In this document: positions 12,709-25,326 of the stretch, one piece after another | How the letters are laid out: the number at the start of each line of letters is the position of its first letter | Position numbering within the stretch: position 1 is the first letter of the stretch | DNA from: Phaeosaccion multiseriatum | Taxonomy: Eukaryota > Protista > Ochrophyta, other classes | Length of the DNA: 64,000 bases | Assembly: GCA_965112735.1 (NCBI GenBank) | Contig: OZ218964.1 | Span: forward strand, 1,736,001-1,800,000 | Reading direction: 5' to 3' | Made by a program: the position numbers and the translations under genes | The notes under the pieces: model-generated | Told to the model about the DNA's origin: nothing | What the model saw: only the letters and a program-made list of their open reading frames with translations | Databases searched by the model: none

Positions 12709-15700
12709 TCAAATGGAAGTGAGGTCCGACGTGAGATGCTTTGCGTTTTGCCGCACCCACGGGGCGATGACGCTTGCATGCACCACGATCCTGCCCGCGT
12801 TGCCCGGTACCGTGGTGGAGGAGATGGGAGGGTAGAACTCCTCCATCAACATACGCTGCACCTCTGGCCGAAGCACAGGCTCGTACTTCCGCTCGCTTCC
12901 CTTGCCCACTCCTGTGATGATGACCAAGTTTCGCGGCTGGGTGAGCGGCGGCGAGGTATTTGCATCTGTATCCGATGCTCCCATACCCGCTCCTGATCCT
13001 CCTCCTGCCGCTGCTGCTGCTACTGTTGTACCACCAACTGCTGTTCCTGCTGCTCCTACTGCTGCTGCATCACCAACAGCTGTGGTGATGCCCCCCCTCC
13101 CTACTGCGGACTGCACCGACGACGACAAGGACGACGAAGACATGTCGCTGAGAGCGGCTCGTACAGCAGCGTGTGCCATGGAGGAGGTGTAACCGTGCAG
13201 GTCAATGACGGACTCGGAGTCGCTGCTCTCCTCCACGCTCCACAGCCGCACTGCCTCCGCGCGGAGGGCCCGTTGGTACACCATGTCCTCTTCGTCGTAC
13301 ATTCCGGCCTCGTGGTAGGAGGAGAGGAGCGCGTTGAACAGAGGCTGCCGTTGGTCCTTGTCCTGATCCAGAGGCGCAAAGACAAGTGCCAGCTGCTCGA
13401 GGGCGTCCATCGCCTTGTCGAGCCCCTCCGCCTCCGCCAGCATTCTCAGCACATGCGCGGTGGATGCTCTGCTGGGCAACAACTCCTCTTTGACCATGCG
13501 CTGCAGCAGGTTCAGGCCCTCCTTCCACTCGCGGGGCTCCGTCACTGCGACGGCTATGACGCAGTTGAACGTACGTACCGTGGGCTGCAGACCAAGCTCG
13601 CCCATCTGGTCCAGGATACGCACTGCGCGAACGGCATAGTTGTGGGGGTCCTCTCTCCGCTTGTTGTTGTTGTTGTTGGCATTGGCATTGGCATTCTCCC
13701 GCTGCTGCTGCATGACCAACTGCTGCTGCTGCACGAGCATGTCCAGGGCGGTGTTGTAGATGGACACAGAGGGAGGCACGCTTCGATCGCGCATGGCCCG
13801 CAGCACGGCTTCCACAACGTCTCCCGACACATTCCCCTCCTTGCATGCTGCCAAGGCCCCTGCATAGGCGTACTGCCGCACGTCCTGGTGCTGAGCCAGG
13901 GCGGGGAGAGGCACTGCTCCTCCTTCAGCCCCCCGCAGAAGCCACTCTTGCTCGCTAGTAGTAGTGGAGGTACCACCCTTGGTGATGGTGTCTGTTCCGT
14001 CCTCCTGCCCAGCAATTGCTGCCTCGTCCTTGAGGAAAGAGCAAAAGAAATCGAGGGCTTTGGCCGGTTGGCCGGCATTCACACACGCCCACACCACTGC
14101 TCCATGGGTGACAAGGTCGGGCGTGAAGCCCTTCTCTCGCAACTCTTCCAGCAGCCTCAGTGCGGCGTCCACGTTCCCGTTCTTACTCAGCGTGACCATG
14201 GCTGCATTGTACGTGTGCAGGTGAGCGACACCCGACGCAGAGGCTCTGTTTAGGAGCTCCAACGCTGTCGACCAGTGGGCAGAGCCACACCCCCGTATTG
14301 CCGCTGCGTAGCTCCTTCCCGTGGGAGTTATGCCCTCTCGCTCCATGTTCTCCAACCACTTGACGCACACCTCCGGGCGGTGGGCATTGGCCGCTGCACC
14401 GATGAGTGTATGATAGCTGACCGCGTCCGGCTGAACACCTTCCGCCAGTTGCATATCTTCCAGCAGGGCCTGAGCACCGTCCACGTCTCCTCTGTCCGCA
14501 TGCAGTGCCATGAGCGTGTTGAAGGTGTACAGGTCCGGATACGCTCTCTCGCGGCGCATCTTGGCCAGCAGCTCGTACGCCCGGCACAAGTTGCCTTGCG
14601 ACTTGCACGCTGAAATGGCAGTATTGTACGACACCACGTCCGGGACGAGAGGGCGCCCGTTCGGCCCCGACGGGTCTTCGCGCATCATCTCCAACAGGTT
14701 GGCGACTCTCTCCCACTCTCCACAGGCCTTGCAGAGCGCCATGACTAAGTTGTAAGTGCGCACCTCCCGCTTAATATTAGACTCCCACATGTCTCTGAGC
14801 AGGCCCAGGCCTGGGTACAGCAGCTCCCTCTTAGAGCACACCAGGAGCGCCGCGTTGAAAGCCGAAGCGGTTACGCGGGGGAGGAATGCAGCAGCACCAG
14901 CATCAGCAGCAGTTGGTGAGACAGTAGCAGCTGCAGTCTGAGTGCCGTCGCTCTCACCACCATCACCACCAGCAGCAGCAGTAGCATCCTCTTTACCCAC
15001 GGTGCCGTCTGCGACTAAGCCGTTGCCTCCTCCTCGTCCAGCCGCATCATCAGCCTGGCTATGCAGTGCCTCGTACAGCAGCTCCAGTCCTTCCTGCCAA
15101 CGGCCCAAGTTGCCATACGCTGTCACAACGATGCACAGGCAGCGTTCGCTCATGGGAAGCCTCTTCATATTCATTTCCTCCTTCAGCCGCAACGCGACAT
15201 TGCTCCTCCCCTGCGAGACACTCTCTGTCATGATGGACGCGTAGGTGCTGGCCCCGCAGCCCTTCAACCCAGTGAGCATCTTGCTCACCTTGCCCCACTC
15301 GCCCCGGTCCATGTACAGCTTGGCAATCTCCAAGCAGAGAGAGGAGGCATCATTGTCCTTCACATTGGTGGAGGCACCTTGCAAAAGCGCGAGGGCTTCG
15401 TCCGCATTCCCCTGCGCCACTTGCACTTGTGCGACTTCAGTCCACATCTTCCCGTCGGGCAGCACTCCCAGCTCTGTTGCCAGGACGCGTTGGACGTAGC
15501 CGGCCTCTTTGTACAGGCCTGTAAGCGGAGAACAGAAGGACGGAACGGGGGGAGACATTTCAACAAAAAGCAGAGTACAAAGTCAGAGAAGGGCGTACAA
15601 ACACCAAAGCGAGGAGCGTAAAACGACAAACGACCGTACCGGCGTCTGCAAGCGCCTGGACCGTAGCGGCTCCAGCTGCATTCGCCTCCTTAAGCGCCTC

Positions 15701-17971
15701 CGTGGCCCCCCAGCGGTCCTCCGCGCTCTTAAGCAAGAGCTTGGCCTCCGCCACCTCCTGCATCATCAAATGGGCGGTCATGGCTTTACCGCAAATCTCC
15801 AAGTTTCCCCAGAAGCGCCTCTCTACTTCAGCGTTGACCAGGACTGCCCACCGCCAACTGCGCTCCTGGATGCACGCCGTCATGATGTACTGGTACAGCT
15901 GCTCATTGGGCTGTATGCCGAATGCCTGCATGTCCGCATAGAGGGAGAGCACCTGCACCCATTGACCTGCACTCTTCATCACGTCCATCAGCTTGGCAAA
16001 GGTCAGAAACACGGGCCGAATGCCTCCATGCTCTGGCTTCTGCATATCCCTGTAGAGCTCCATTGCCTTGGACCAGTACTTGCCACGCTTGCTCCCACAG
16101 ACTCCTATGAGCAGTGCATATGTCAGTGCGTCCGGTTTTGCAGCCCACCTCTTCCCTTGAGGGGCTGGCCACCCTCTGACGTTGTCGCCGTTCCCTTTTG
16201 CAGCAGCAGATGTTCCTCTCCCTGCCCCTCCCCCTTCTCCTCCGCCCCCTCCTCCCTCTCCTTTGCCTCCTCTTTCTACTTGTCCTCCTGCTAGTGCTAC
16301 TGAGCTCTCTTGCTGTGCTACCGCCACCTTTGCAGCCGGCCCGCCGCTGCCCTCCCCCGTCAGCCTCTGCAGACACTGGATCGCCAGAGGAAAGTCGTGC
16401 TTCAGATCACACAGCATAATGGCACTATTGAGCGTGAAGGTGTCGGGCGTAAGTGCCCACTCCTCTTCCAACTTGCGCAGGAGCCCCAGCCCCCTCTGCC
16501 AATCCCCACAGCGGTAGCACAGATCCATGGCTGTATTGTACGTGGCGACTGAGCGTGGCACTCTCCTGTTCCACATGTCGCTGAGTAAGTACAGCCCCTC
16601 GTCCAGCTTGCCACCCGTTTTGCAGCAGGTGATGGCCGCAGTGTAAATCTCTGCCGTGGGTCGAATGCCCCACGCCCGGCTCTTTTGAATGAGGATGAGA
16701 GCCTGGGACAGCCTCCCCTCCTTGGTGTACGCGCTCACTGCCGCCGCTATGGTGCGCTCCGTAGGGACGATGCCTTGCTTCTGCCCCCCTCTGCGCATCT
16801 CCTCCAGCAGCGCCTCGGCCTCGCGCCACTTGCCTACCCCCGCGCACGCCCAGATGGTCGCGGTGTAGAGGCACGTGTCTACCATTACATTCTTGTCGGC
16901 CTTTGCCTGCTGCAGCAGGGCGAGGCCTTCCTCCCACCACTTGGCATTGGCGCAGGCAGTGATGGTGGAGGTGTACACAAATGCATCGGTCTGCAGGCCC
17001 CACCCTTTCAGTGTCTCCAAGGCGGTGATGGCTTTCCTGGGCTGTCCCAAGTGTGCCAAGGCGCCAATGTACTGCGTGTAGCTAAACACAGTGGGAAGCA
17101 GCACCCGCCACCCGTACCTCTTGTCACTCTTGGTGATGTAGTCTGTGTCCAAGTGCGCCTCAAAGTGTTCCACAGCCCTCTGGTGCTCCCCTCCCCGCAC
17201 CATGGCAAACAGCAGATTGTCATGCGAAAGAATGGACGCCCCGTCCGCCAGCTCCCGGTCCATGTAATTGAGAATATCCATCGTCTCTCGCCAGCACCCC
17301 TCCTTGGCCAGACAGCGAGTCATGCGAGAGAGCGACTCGTCACTCTTCTCCACACCAAAGCGCCCGCAGTTCCGAATCAAGCTCCAGCCCTCGCTCCATT
17401 GCCCATGAACCGCAGCGGCTGCTACAGCCCCTCCCAGCTGCTTGGGCGTGAGGAGGAGCTTCTCCCTCCCCTCCCGCTCTCTCAGCAGCAGCTGTAGAAG
17501 TTGAAAGGCAGGCTGGCGAATGGCCTTCCCCCTGGCGGCGTCCATGTGCCGAAGAATCACCCTCAGCTCCTCCGCCACTGGCGGCGGTGGCCTCCCTGCT
17601 CCGTCGCCTCTTTCGCCCTGTTGCTTTCCCCTTCCTCCTCTCCCCCCATCCCCTTGAATTGCTGCTGTTTCTCCACCTTCCTCCTTCGCTCCTGCTCTCA
17701 TGCTGAGGCTCTTCCTGCTCCCTCCCCCCATTCGGCAGGAAGATGCTCCTCCTCCTGTACGTATCCCAGTCGGTGGCAGAGGTCGATCATCATCTTCTCT
17801 CCCCACTCTCCCGTCCAAGGGCCGTAAAGACTGCTGCCGAGGCCTCTTACGGAGCTTGATCGCCCAGCCCCTCCTGGCCCCTCCTGTGGCCCCACCACTC
17901 GGAGTGAAGCCCTCGGCCCTTTGCGAAGAGAGCAGGGCCGCAGCAGCCGCCGCAGCCGCCGCCGATCGCAT
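12709..17971 (-). CDS. PPR-SMR protein (many P-class PPR repeats + C-terminal Smr domain), predicted plastid-targeted
   Basis: Exons 17971-15640 and 15518-12709 (1,713 aa). Many 35-aa repeats (e.g. PDVVSYNTAISAC, PDLYTFNTLM). Smr motifs VIDLHG...LVIITGVGKGS...LRPEV...PGNAGRIVV. N-terminus MRSAAAAAAAAALLSSQRAEG|FTP resembles signal peptide + ASAFAP. Confidence 0.9.
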
Positions 17972-18155
17972 GGCCCCTTGTTCGAAGGACCCTTCCTTAC
18001 GGGTGCGGAGGACACTCCGGCGTCCACCCTGATCTTGATGTGGCACCTCGGCCTCAAGGATGCCAGTTTGGCTTTGCGCTTCCAGAAATATCACCAACTC
18101 GCCGGCCCCCCCCCCTTCTTCTCTTCTTCCCATATACATCTTCTCAAGAAGAAAG

Positions 18156-20715
18156 ATGCGTGGCAGAGAAACTATTCCACCTCCTTCGCCAACCGGCGGA
18201 GGAGGAGCGTCAGCAGTAGGGGTGGAGGGCGGAGGAGGAGGAGCAGGTGGTGGTGGTGGTGGTGGAGGAGGAGGGGGCGGAGGAGCTGGTGCAGGGGGCG
18301 GAGCAGGAGGAGGCGCTATGTCGGAGATGGGCTCCTCAATGAACAGCATCTTCGGCACATTGGCAAAAGATATGAGCCTCCTGGGCTCTTCAATCAAGGA
18401 GAAGGGGGAAGAGCTCATCGGAAGCAATCCTATCGGTGAGGCCATTCACAAGGCCGTCAGCGAGGACAACATTGGCACCGATTGGGGCCTGAATCTCGGT
18501 ACGTTGGTTGCTATCTTTTCCTTGCTCGATTTGCTCCCTTTCTTGCTTTGTGCACCATTAGGTTTTGTGTAGTCAACTCGTCTCAAGAAGGAGGACGACG
18601 ACGAAGAGAAGGGAAAAAGGACACGAATGGAAATCAGTGTCTGTGTTCCCCCCTTTTGACTTCGTTCTCATCTGTCTCCCTCCTCACCTCCGTCACTCCT
18701 TCGCCTCTCCCCCTACCCCCCCCGGTCTTCTCTCTCTCCATTTTCACCTACCTCCACCCACCTCGTTCTCGTCCACCTTCTCCTCCGCCCTCCTGCCGCT
18801 GTTTCAGAGATTTGCGATCTGATCAATCAAAGCCCCTCCGAAGGTCCGGTAAAGGCCGTTCGCACCCTACGGAAGCACCTGCGCAGCGAGAACCCCAAGG
18901 TTGTGCAGCTCACTCTCACCTTGTGCGAGGCTTGTGCCAAAAAGTAAGTACAGATGGATGGGCATAGAGCCGACGAACACAAGTGTCCAACCTGCCTTGT
19001 ATCCTCACCGACGCCCACCAGCTTCCAATTCCCATCTCCCTCCTCCTTGTCTCAACACTTCCGCCACTCACTTCATCGCCGCCCTGCGCTGCTGCTTTCC
19101 ACGCACCCTGTGTCTCTTGCTGGCCGCAACGAACGAAATGCATGAAAATCAGTTGTGGGGCACACCTTCACTTGGCCTTTGCTAATCGCGACTTTCTCAA
19201 GGACATCACAGCATCTGCTGACGGGAGTAAAGGCAGCGAGGTGCGTGAGCGTGGGAGTGGAAGAATCTCGAAGAGGATTGGACGATACAACTTACGCTTT
19301 CCTCATACCAAAAGGATGTCGGACCATGAAGAAGGAAGAGCTCCCCAAAGGCGCTCGGGGGCTGACAGGACATGTCCATTTGTTCCTCTTGTGGCTGCTG
19401 TGTCTCGTGCCTTGCCAATACTAATTGCTGCCTCCTTCTTGCCTTCCCACGTCGTTCTTGTTTACTTATTTATATGTTTGATTTGGTTTTGGTTTCTTTG
19501 CTCTTCCTCCTGCGGCCGGCCACGCAGGCTCGGCTCCAGACCCTTCGCCTCATCAAGGAGTGGGCCCTGGCGTTTAAGGACGATTACTCCCTGCGGGGCT
19601 TTGTCGACGTGTACGAAGGGCTGTTGCTCAGGGGCGTGGTCTTCCCGGAGGTGGACGGGGCGCCAATTGTTCTTCCTCCCATGCCGCCCACACAGAGCCG
19701 GCGACAAGGGCAGGGGCAGAGGCAGCAGGCAGCACAAGGAGCGGGGGCGGAGAGCGAGCAGCAGGCTCTTCTGAGTCCAGAAGAGGAGCTGAAGAAGCTT
19801 ACGGAGGATCTGCAAGCGGTGAAGGAGAGGGTCGAGCTGTGTCAGCAGATGATGGGAGAGTCCCCTGGGGTGGAGCGCGACCCCGTGCTGGCTGAGGTGG
19901 TGGGGTACCTGCACGCCTGCAAGCCTCGAATGGTGGACATCATCCAGGCGGGCATGTCCGGCAATGACCGTTACATTGGAGCAGATGTACTGGAGGGCAC
20001 GCTCAAGGTAAACGACTCTCTGCTACGCACGCTCAAGGCGGAGGAGGAAGGGACGCCCATTGAAGTGGAAAAATTCGAGCTAGACTTTACTGCAAGTCTG
20101 GCTGCTGCCACTGCTGGTGCTGCTGCTGCCTCTACCACTGGTGCTGGTGCTGGTGCTGGTGCTGCTGTGACTGGCAGCGAGAGTGGTGACGGGGGAGATG
20201 ACTTGTTGAGCTTTGGGGGACAGGCGGAAGAGGCCGCGGACGGTGGAGGCAAGCCCAGCTTCACTATTGACGGAAACTACGATGACGTCGACGACGACGA
20301 GGAGGAGGAGGGAGGGCTCGTAAGAAGGGGTTCCCCTCCGGTACCCGCTGAGGAGGAGGTGGTGGCGGCGGTGGCGGCGGCTGAGAAGGAGGAGAAGAAG
20401 GTGGTGGTGGACGAGGTGGAGGGGGGAGGGGGCGCTGAGAAGAGTAGTAGTGCCGCCGCAGCTTCAGACCCGTTTGATGAATTCGCCGAGCTCATGAAGG
20501 AAACCGAAGACGTTTCGCTTGGAGGGAGTGGGGCCGGGCAAGACGAGGATCCGTTTGCTCATGTTGAGGGGCCAGGAACAAAGGCAGACACAGAGGTAGG
20601 GGTGGCTGCTGCGGCCTCTTCCGCTACTGCGGACGACGACGTGGACTTCGATTCCTTCCTTGCTTCGATGGAGAAGAGCGATAAGAAGGACTCTGCTGGA
20701 AAGCCCACTGCATAG
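18156..20715 (+). CDS. VHS-GAT domain protein (TOM1/TOL-like endosomal adaptor)
   Basis: Exons 18156-18498, 18808-18943, 19153-19240, 19528-20715. VHS motifs TDWGLNLEICDLIN, NPKVVQLTLTLCEACAKNCG, LIKEWA...YEGLLLRGVVFP. GAT-like helices ending LKVNDSL; acidic tail with DPF/FD motifs. Start could instead be 18318. Confidence 0.85.
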
Positions 20716-21366
20716 TCAGGCTTTGTCATTGAAGGGGTAGGTGGGTTTCTGTTGTTGTCATTCGTTATTCCCTCTTAATTGAATGTACGTTGTATACTTT
20801 GGTGCGGGTGCGTGTGCCATCTCCGAACACAATCGAAAGTCACGTCACCAACCCCGCGATACGGGTGTGTCCTCTCCACCGCCGCCGCCACCTCCACCAT
20901 GCCTGTCTCGCCGCCCCAAGCACGCCAGGAAGCACCGCTTCATCTCCCTCAGCCTCACCCCCCTCCCCGTGGAAGGCTGTGCTTCAAAGAAACAACCTAA
21001 AATCGTTGTATGGCTGTGGCAGGTGGTCCGTCGCTTCGCTGCCGGTGCCCTTGGTGCTATCCTCCATCTGCCCACCAAAACCGCGACACGTGTGCTGGAA
21101 GAGGTTGTCCCACGTCTACTCCAGCAGCAGCTGCAGCAGCAGTTGGTGATACAGCCGCATCAGTAGTCCTCTAATATCGCCAGAAGCAGCGCCACAAACA
21201 CGCACGCAGGCCATACCACAAGCGGCGCCTGCTCCGGAACTGCGTATCCCGATTACCCTCCCCCCCCCCCCCCGCCCCGAGGAAGGGCTCAAAATTTGCG
21301 CTTGACCGGCAGACAGGAGGCGCTGAGGTGCTGTCGCCGCCTCTCAACCCTTGCCCAGCCCTTCTA

Positions 21367-22374
21367 CTATGTCTTCTTCTTCTTAGACTTCTTCAAGAAC
21401 GTTTTGCTCGCCTCTGCGCGCAACGCAACGAACGAACGGGAAAGTAGAGGGGAGGGATGTCGACAGAGCAAGAAATGGGGGGGTGGAGGGGCAGCGGTTT
21501 TTAGTGGCAGACGAGCAGCAGCCCACTTGTTGCTACTGCTATTTCAATGCAAACAGAGCACGAGAATAGCGTACGACTTGAATATACTCCACAGTGCCGT
21601 CCCCAAAGAGGGCCGGGAAGGCTCAACAACAGGGAGCTGGTGTTGTGGGGTCACTTGGCCTTCCAAGAGCAGGGTAAGCTTTGAACACAAAAGGTGGCGG
21701 ACCCATTGCGTTTGGGGTGACTCATGGTGTTTGCGGTGGATTGGGTGTGCCCCTTGCAAGCACAGCCACACATCGCAGGCCCCTCACCTGCTGGTAGCGC
21801 GCCGACCATTTTTTGCACCCCCTTAAACACTGGAGCACTCTTGAGAATGTCCGGTAGAATGACAAACTTGATGTGCCCCCCCCTCAAATACACCTGCTCC
21901 AGCCTCGACACCTTCCCGTTCCGTGCCGTCATTGTAACTGCAAGGACGCACACCAGATAAGAAATACGGTTAGTACTAAAAAGCACCCGACCTGTACCCT
22001 CAGATAGAGCAACCGACTTAGGCGACTCAGCGGCGGCAAAAGGGGGAGAAAGCCGCAAGCCGCCTTCAATATCGTTACATCCATTTCCTCACGTGTCCGT
22101 ACCGCTCGCACAGCTTGGACTTACCCCCTGTCAAGAAGCAGTTCATAGTATCTTCCGCCTCATCCAGCTTCCCTCTATAGACCTCCCCGTTCTTCAGCTC
22201 CACAGTCACCACATGGTTCTCCGCCTCGTGCAGCAGCTTCACCGGCACACCAATACCTGTGCGTGCAAGATAGAGAGAGAGGACGAAAGCAGAGCGTTCA
22301 GGAAGGTCAGTGAGCTGGCTGAAGCTCAGCCGGAGATCGCCTCCCAGACCGGTGCGCTTACTCTGATCTGCCAT
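21367..22374 (-). CDS. SNRPD3: Small nuclear ribonucleoprotein Sm D3
   Basis: Exons 22374-22350, 22256-22125, 21937-21788, 21413-21367 (117 aa). [30 protein letters not shown]...[27 protein letters not shown]. Confidence 0.93.
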
Positions 22375-22659
22375 GGCTGCTGCCCGCTGCTTCTGCGTTC
22401 CCCGCGCTCCCTCCCACCCCAGACAGGAGTGTTCACGGAACGCTGGGTCCTTTGATGTGGCGGGACGCTGCTCTCTTCTCTGTGTCGAGGCTATTTGTCG
22501 CAATAAAGGCCATTTTTCGCCCACCGGGGGGGTGGTTGCGAGTTTCAGTGCGCCTGCCCCGTTTCGAGGAAGTTCTCGCTCACAGGTTAGACCATAGCTT
22601 TAGGCAAACGTAGTAGCTTAAAGCAACCAGCGTACGCAGGTGAAGGAGGGTAGAGCAGC

Positions 22660-24432
22660 ATGGACTCGCTGTTTGCCGTCCAAGGAGATGGGTAAGTGCG
22701 GAGGAGTCTGGCGAGCTGGACACGAAGCAAGAGAAGCACAGAGAACTCGAGAGAGGAGAGAGAGAGAGGGAGAGAGCGAGGGTAGAGAAGGAAGCAGAGG
22801 AAGAGTGGGTCGTCATTATCCTCACGAGAAGGCAGGACTCTTCACCTGGCGATGGTTGCCTCATGTCGCAGCAGATCAATCGCACCTGGCTCTACCTGTT
22901 GTTGAGGGAACAGGGATGATGATGTGCTCGCACGTGTAGCAGGAAGCAGCAGTTTATCTCTGGACGTTGCTGCAACATGGTTTATTGGCTGTAGATGAAG
23001 CAATATCTATCAACTTGTGTGCTTCTCCTGCCTGCGCTCCCCCGCGCTTACCTTCCTTTCCTTTCCTTCCGACTGTCCTCCCCCTCAACCATTGTGAACA
23101 CTTGCAGCTTTGTCATCATGGCAGCAGATGCAAACGTAGCCCGGTCGATTCTGGTGTATCAGTCAACTAAGGACAAGATCCGGACATTGGACGACAGCAA
23201 GCTGCTTGCGTGCGGGGGACCACAGGCAGACTGCTCCATCTTTGGGGAGTACATTGAGAAGAATATGACATTATACGAGCTCAACAATGGTCTCCAACTC
23301 AGCACAAAGGCCGCGGCCAACTATATCAGAAGGGAGCTGGCGACGGCCTTGAGGAAGGGTCCCTTTCAGGTGTGTGTGTGTGTGAGTGTGTGTGTGTGTG
23401 TGTGTGTGTCTGTGTCTCGGTGTGTGTAAGTGGCAAAGTACATGGGAGAGGGAAAGAGTCCGCTATACGCGTCTGTGTCAGTCTGTGTGTGGATTTCGCC
23501 TTCTCTTGCCAGGCGTGGTGTGCCACCCCATAGACATGAGAGATGGTATTGCAGGCGGGGGACGACCACGCAGATGGGGCTGACTTTTCCGTGCACACCT
23601 GGGTTGAGTCATGGGTGCGGTCGGTTGCAAGGGTCACTAATGAGATAACGAACAAAGAAAACTACAGTTCAGCTAAAGCCTTGATTCATTGTTCATCCCG
23701 TCCTTCCTGCACCAGACCCAGCTACTGCTTGGCGGCATCGACGCGGGAGAGACGAGCTTGTACTGGCTTGACTACCTCGGTACCATGATCCAAGTGCCCT
23801 TCGGAGCCCACGGCTACGGCTCCAACTTTACGCTGGGCATCTTCGACAGGCACTACAAGAAGGGCCTGAGTCAGGAGGAGGGCATGGAGCTCATCAACAA
23901 GTGCATAGCTGAGCTCCAGGTTCGATTTCTCATCGCCCAACCCAAATTTGTCATCAAGGTGAGTGAGAAGCTTTGGCATGCCTTCTTGGGGCTTTAGGGC
24001 TAGGGCTTAGGGCGGTCGGCAGAGGAAAGCAAAGAGAGTGTATAGACTAGTGGGCCACAGATGGAGCAGAGCAAGAGCAGAGGCAAAGGGTCGAGACAAT
24101 AGGAGAGTTGAGGGACAGAGCTAGAGCAGTGCCAGAGCATCGAGACAAGAAATGCTGCGGTGCTACTGCTGCTCCTGCTGCTCCTGCTGCAAAGGTGTGC
24201 TCCCTGTACCCCACCGTGCCCACCCGCTGGGGAGATGCATGGAGCCCCCCCCCCCAAACCCTTTCCCCAAACTTTAGTAAGGGCCGAGGCACGGCATCAG
24301 CACTCAGCTTGCGTGATGGCCATCTCCTCTCCTTCGTCTACGCTCTAACACTGTCTCCCTCCCTCTCTTCTTCCGTCCCCTCCCTCCCTTCCTTAACTTC
24401 CACGGGGCTCGTCTGCGTGCTCCGCGTCTACG

Positions 24433-24478
<46 letters not shown>

Positions 24479-24526
24479 TGCTCTGGGCAGGTGATCACAA
24501 AGGATGGCGTCAAGGTCATTGAGTAA
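22660..24526 (+). CDS. PSMB2: 20S proteasome subunit beta-4 (PRE1/PBD)
   Basis: Exons 22660-22691, 23108-23369, 23716-23958, 24491-24526 (190 aa). MDSLFAVQGDGFVIMAAD...AANYIRRELATALRKGPFQ...LYWLDYLGT...AHGYGS...VITKDG. Confidence 0.93.
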
Positions 24527-25326
24527 TTGCTCGCTCATTCTTTGTACGTATGCGATTCCGACGCGGAGGGGGGTGGGCGGGTGCAGAGTTGCTGCGGCGG
24601 GCGGCTCGTGGTCCCTCCTCTCTCCTGCGAAGCAAAAAGGGCAAAGTGAGGCCAGAGGTATTGTTGGAAGGAAGGAAGTCCATCGGCCACGCCCAAGAGC
24701 AACAGCACGAGCAGCAGCAGTAGCAGCAGCAGTAGTAGCAGCAGCAGCAGCGGCGGCGGCGGTGGCGGCGGCGGCACCGGCAGCGAGAGCAGCAGCAAGC
24801 AGGCAGAGAAGGAGTGGTAGCAGCAGTAGCTGCGCCAGAAGAACCAGTAGCAGCAATAGCAGCAGCAGCTGCAATAATAAAACCCTGCATCCGCGAAGGA
24901 GTCAAGAGGAGCAAGAGTAACGGCACCAGTGAGTGTCCAAACTCGATGCATCCTCCCCTCACAACCCGGACGAGGCTATTTCTGAAAGGGTTGTACCAAG
25001 CCGGAAAGAGGGGCTGCGAAATACAGCGTAGTAATCTTACAGCTCTGTAACGCCCAAATGATAATAGTTACTGTATGTTGGCCTCTGAGTCTCTCTCTCT
25101 TTGTGTGTAGGGGTTAGTTTCTTGTATGCTCGCTCCTCTCGGGAGACCTCGGTCGAGAAATGAGAAAAACCGAGGCCACGCGCACAATTGAATTGCTCGT
25201 AGACACGTGTCTTCTCTCTTGTGTATATCCAAATCGACGTGCTTGTGAAACTTCCGCGCCCTTTGCTGCTGTGGCGCACCATTGGGAGAAAGAAGGAATA
25301 AAAGAATTTCCAAGTACCAAGTACTT

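Noticed and set aside
17972-18445. N-terminal extension of the PPR ORF overlapping the VHS gene
   Set aside because: Antisense to VHS exon 1; the ATG at 17971 gives a proper targeting peptide.
21414-21787. Possible structured ncRNA in SmD3 intron 3
   Set aside because: Short stems are present but no convincing C/D, H/ACA or other diagnostic boxes.
23993-24012. TTAGGG-like telomeric repeats
   Set aside because: Only about 3 degenerate units inside an intron.
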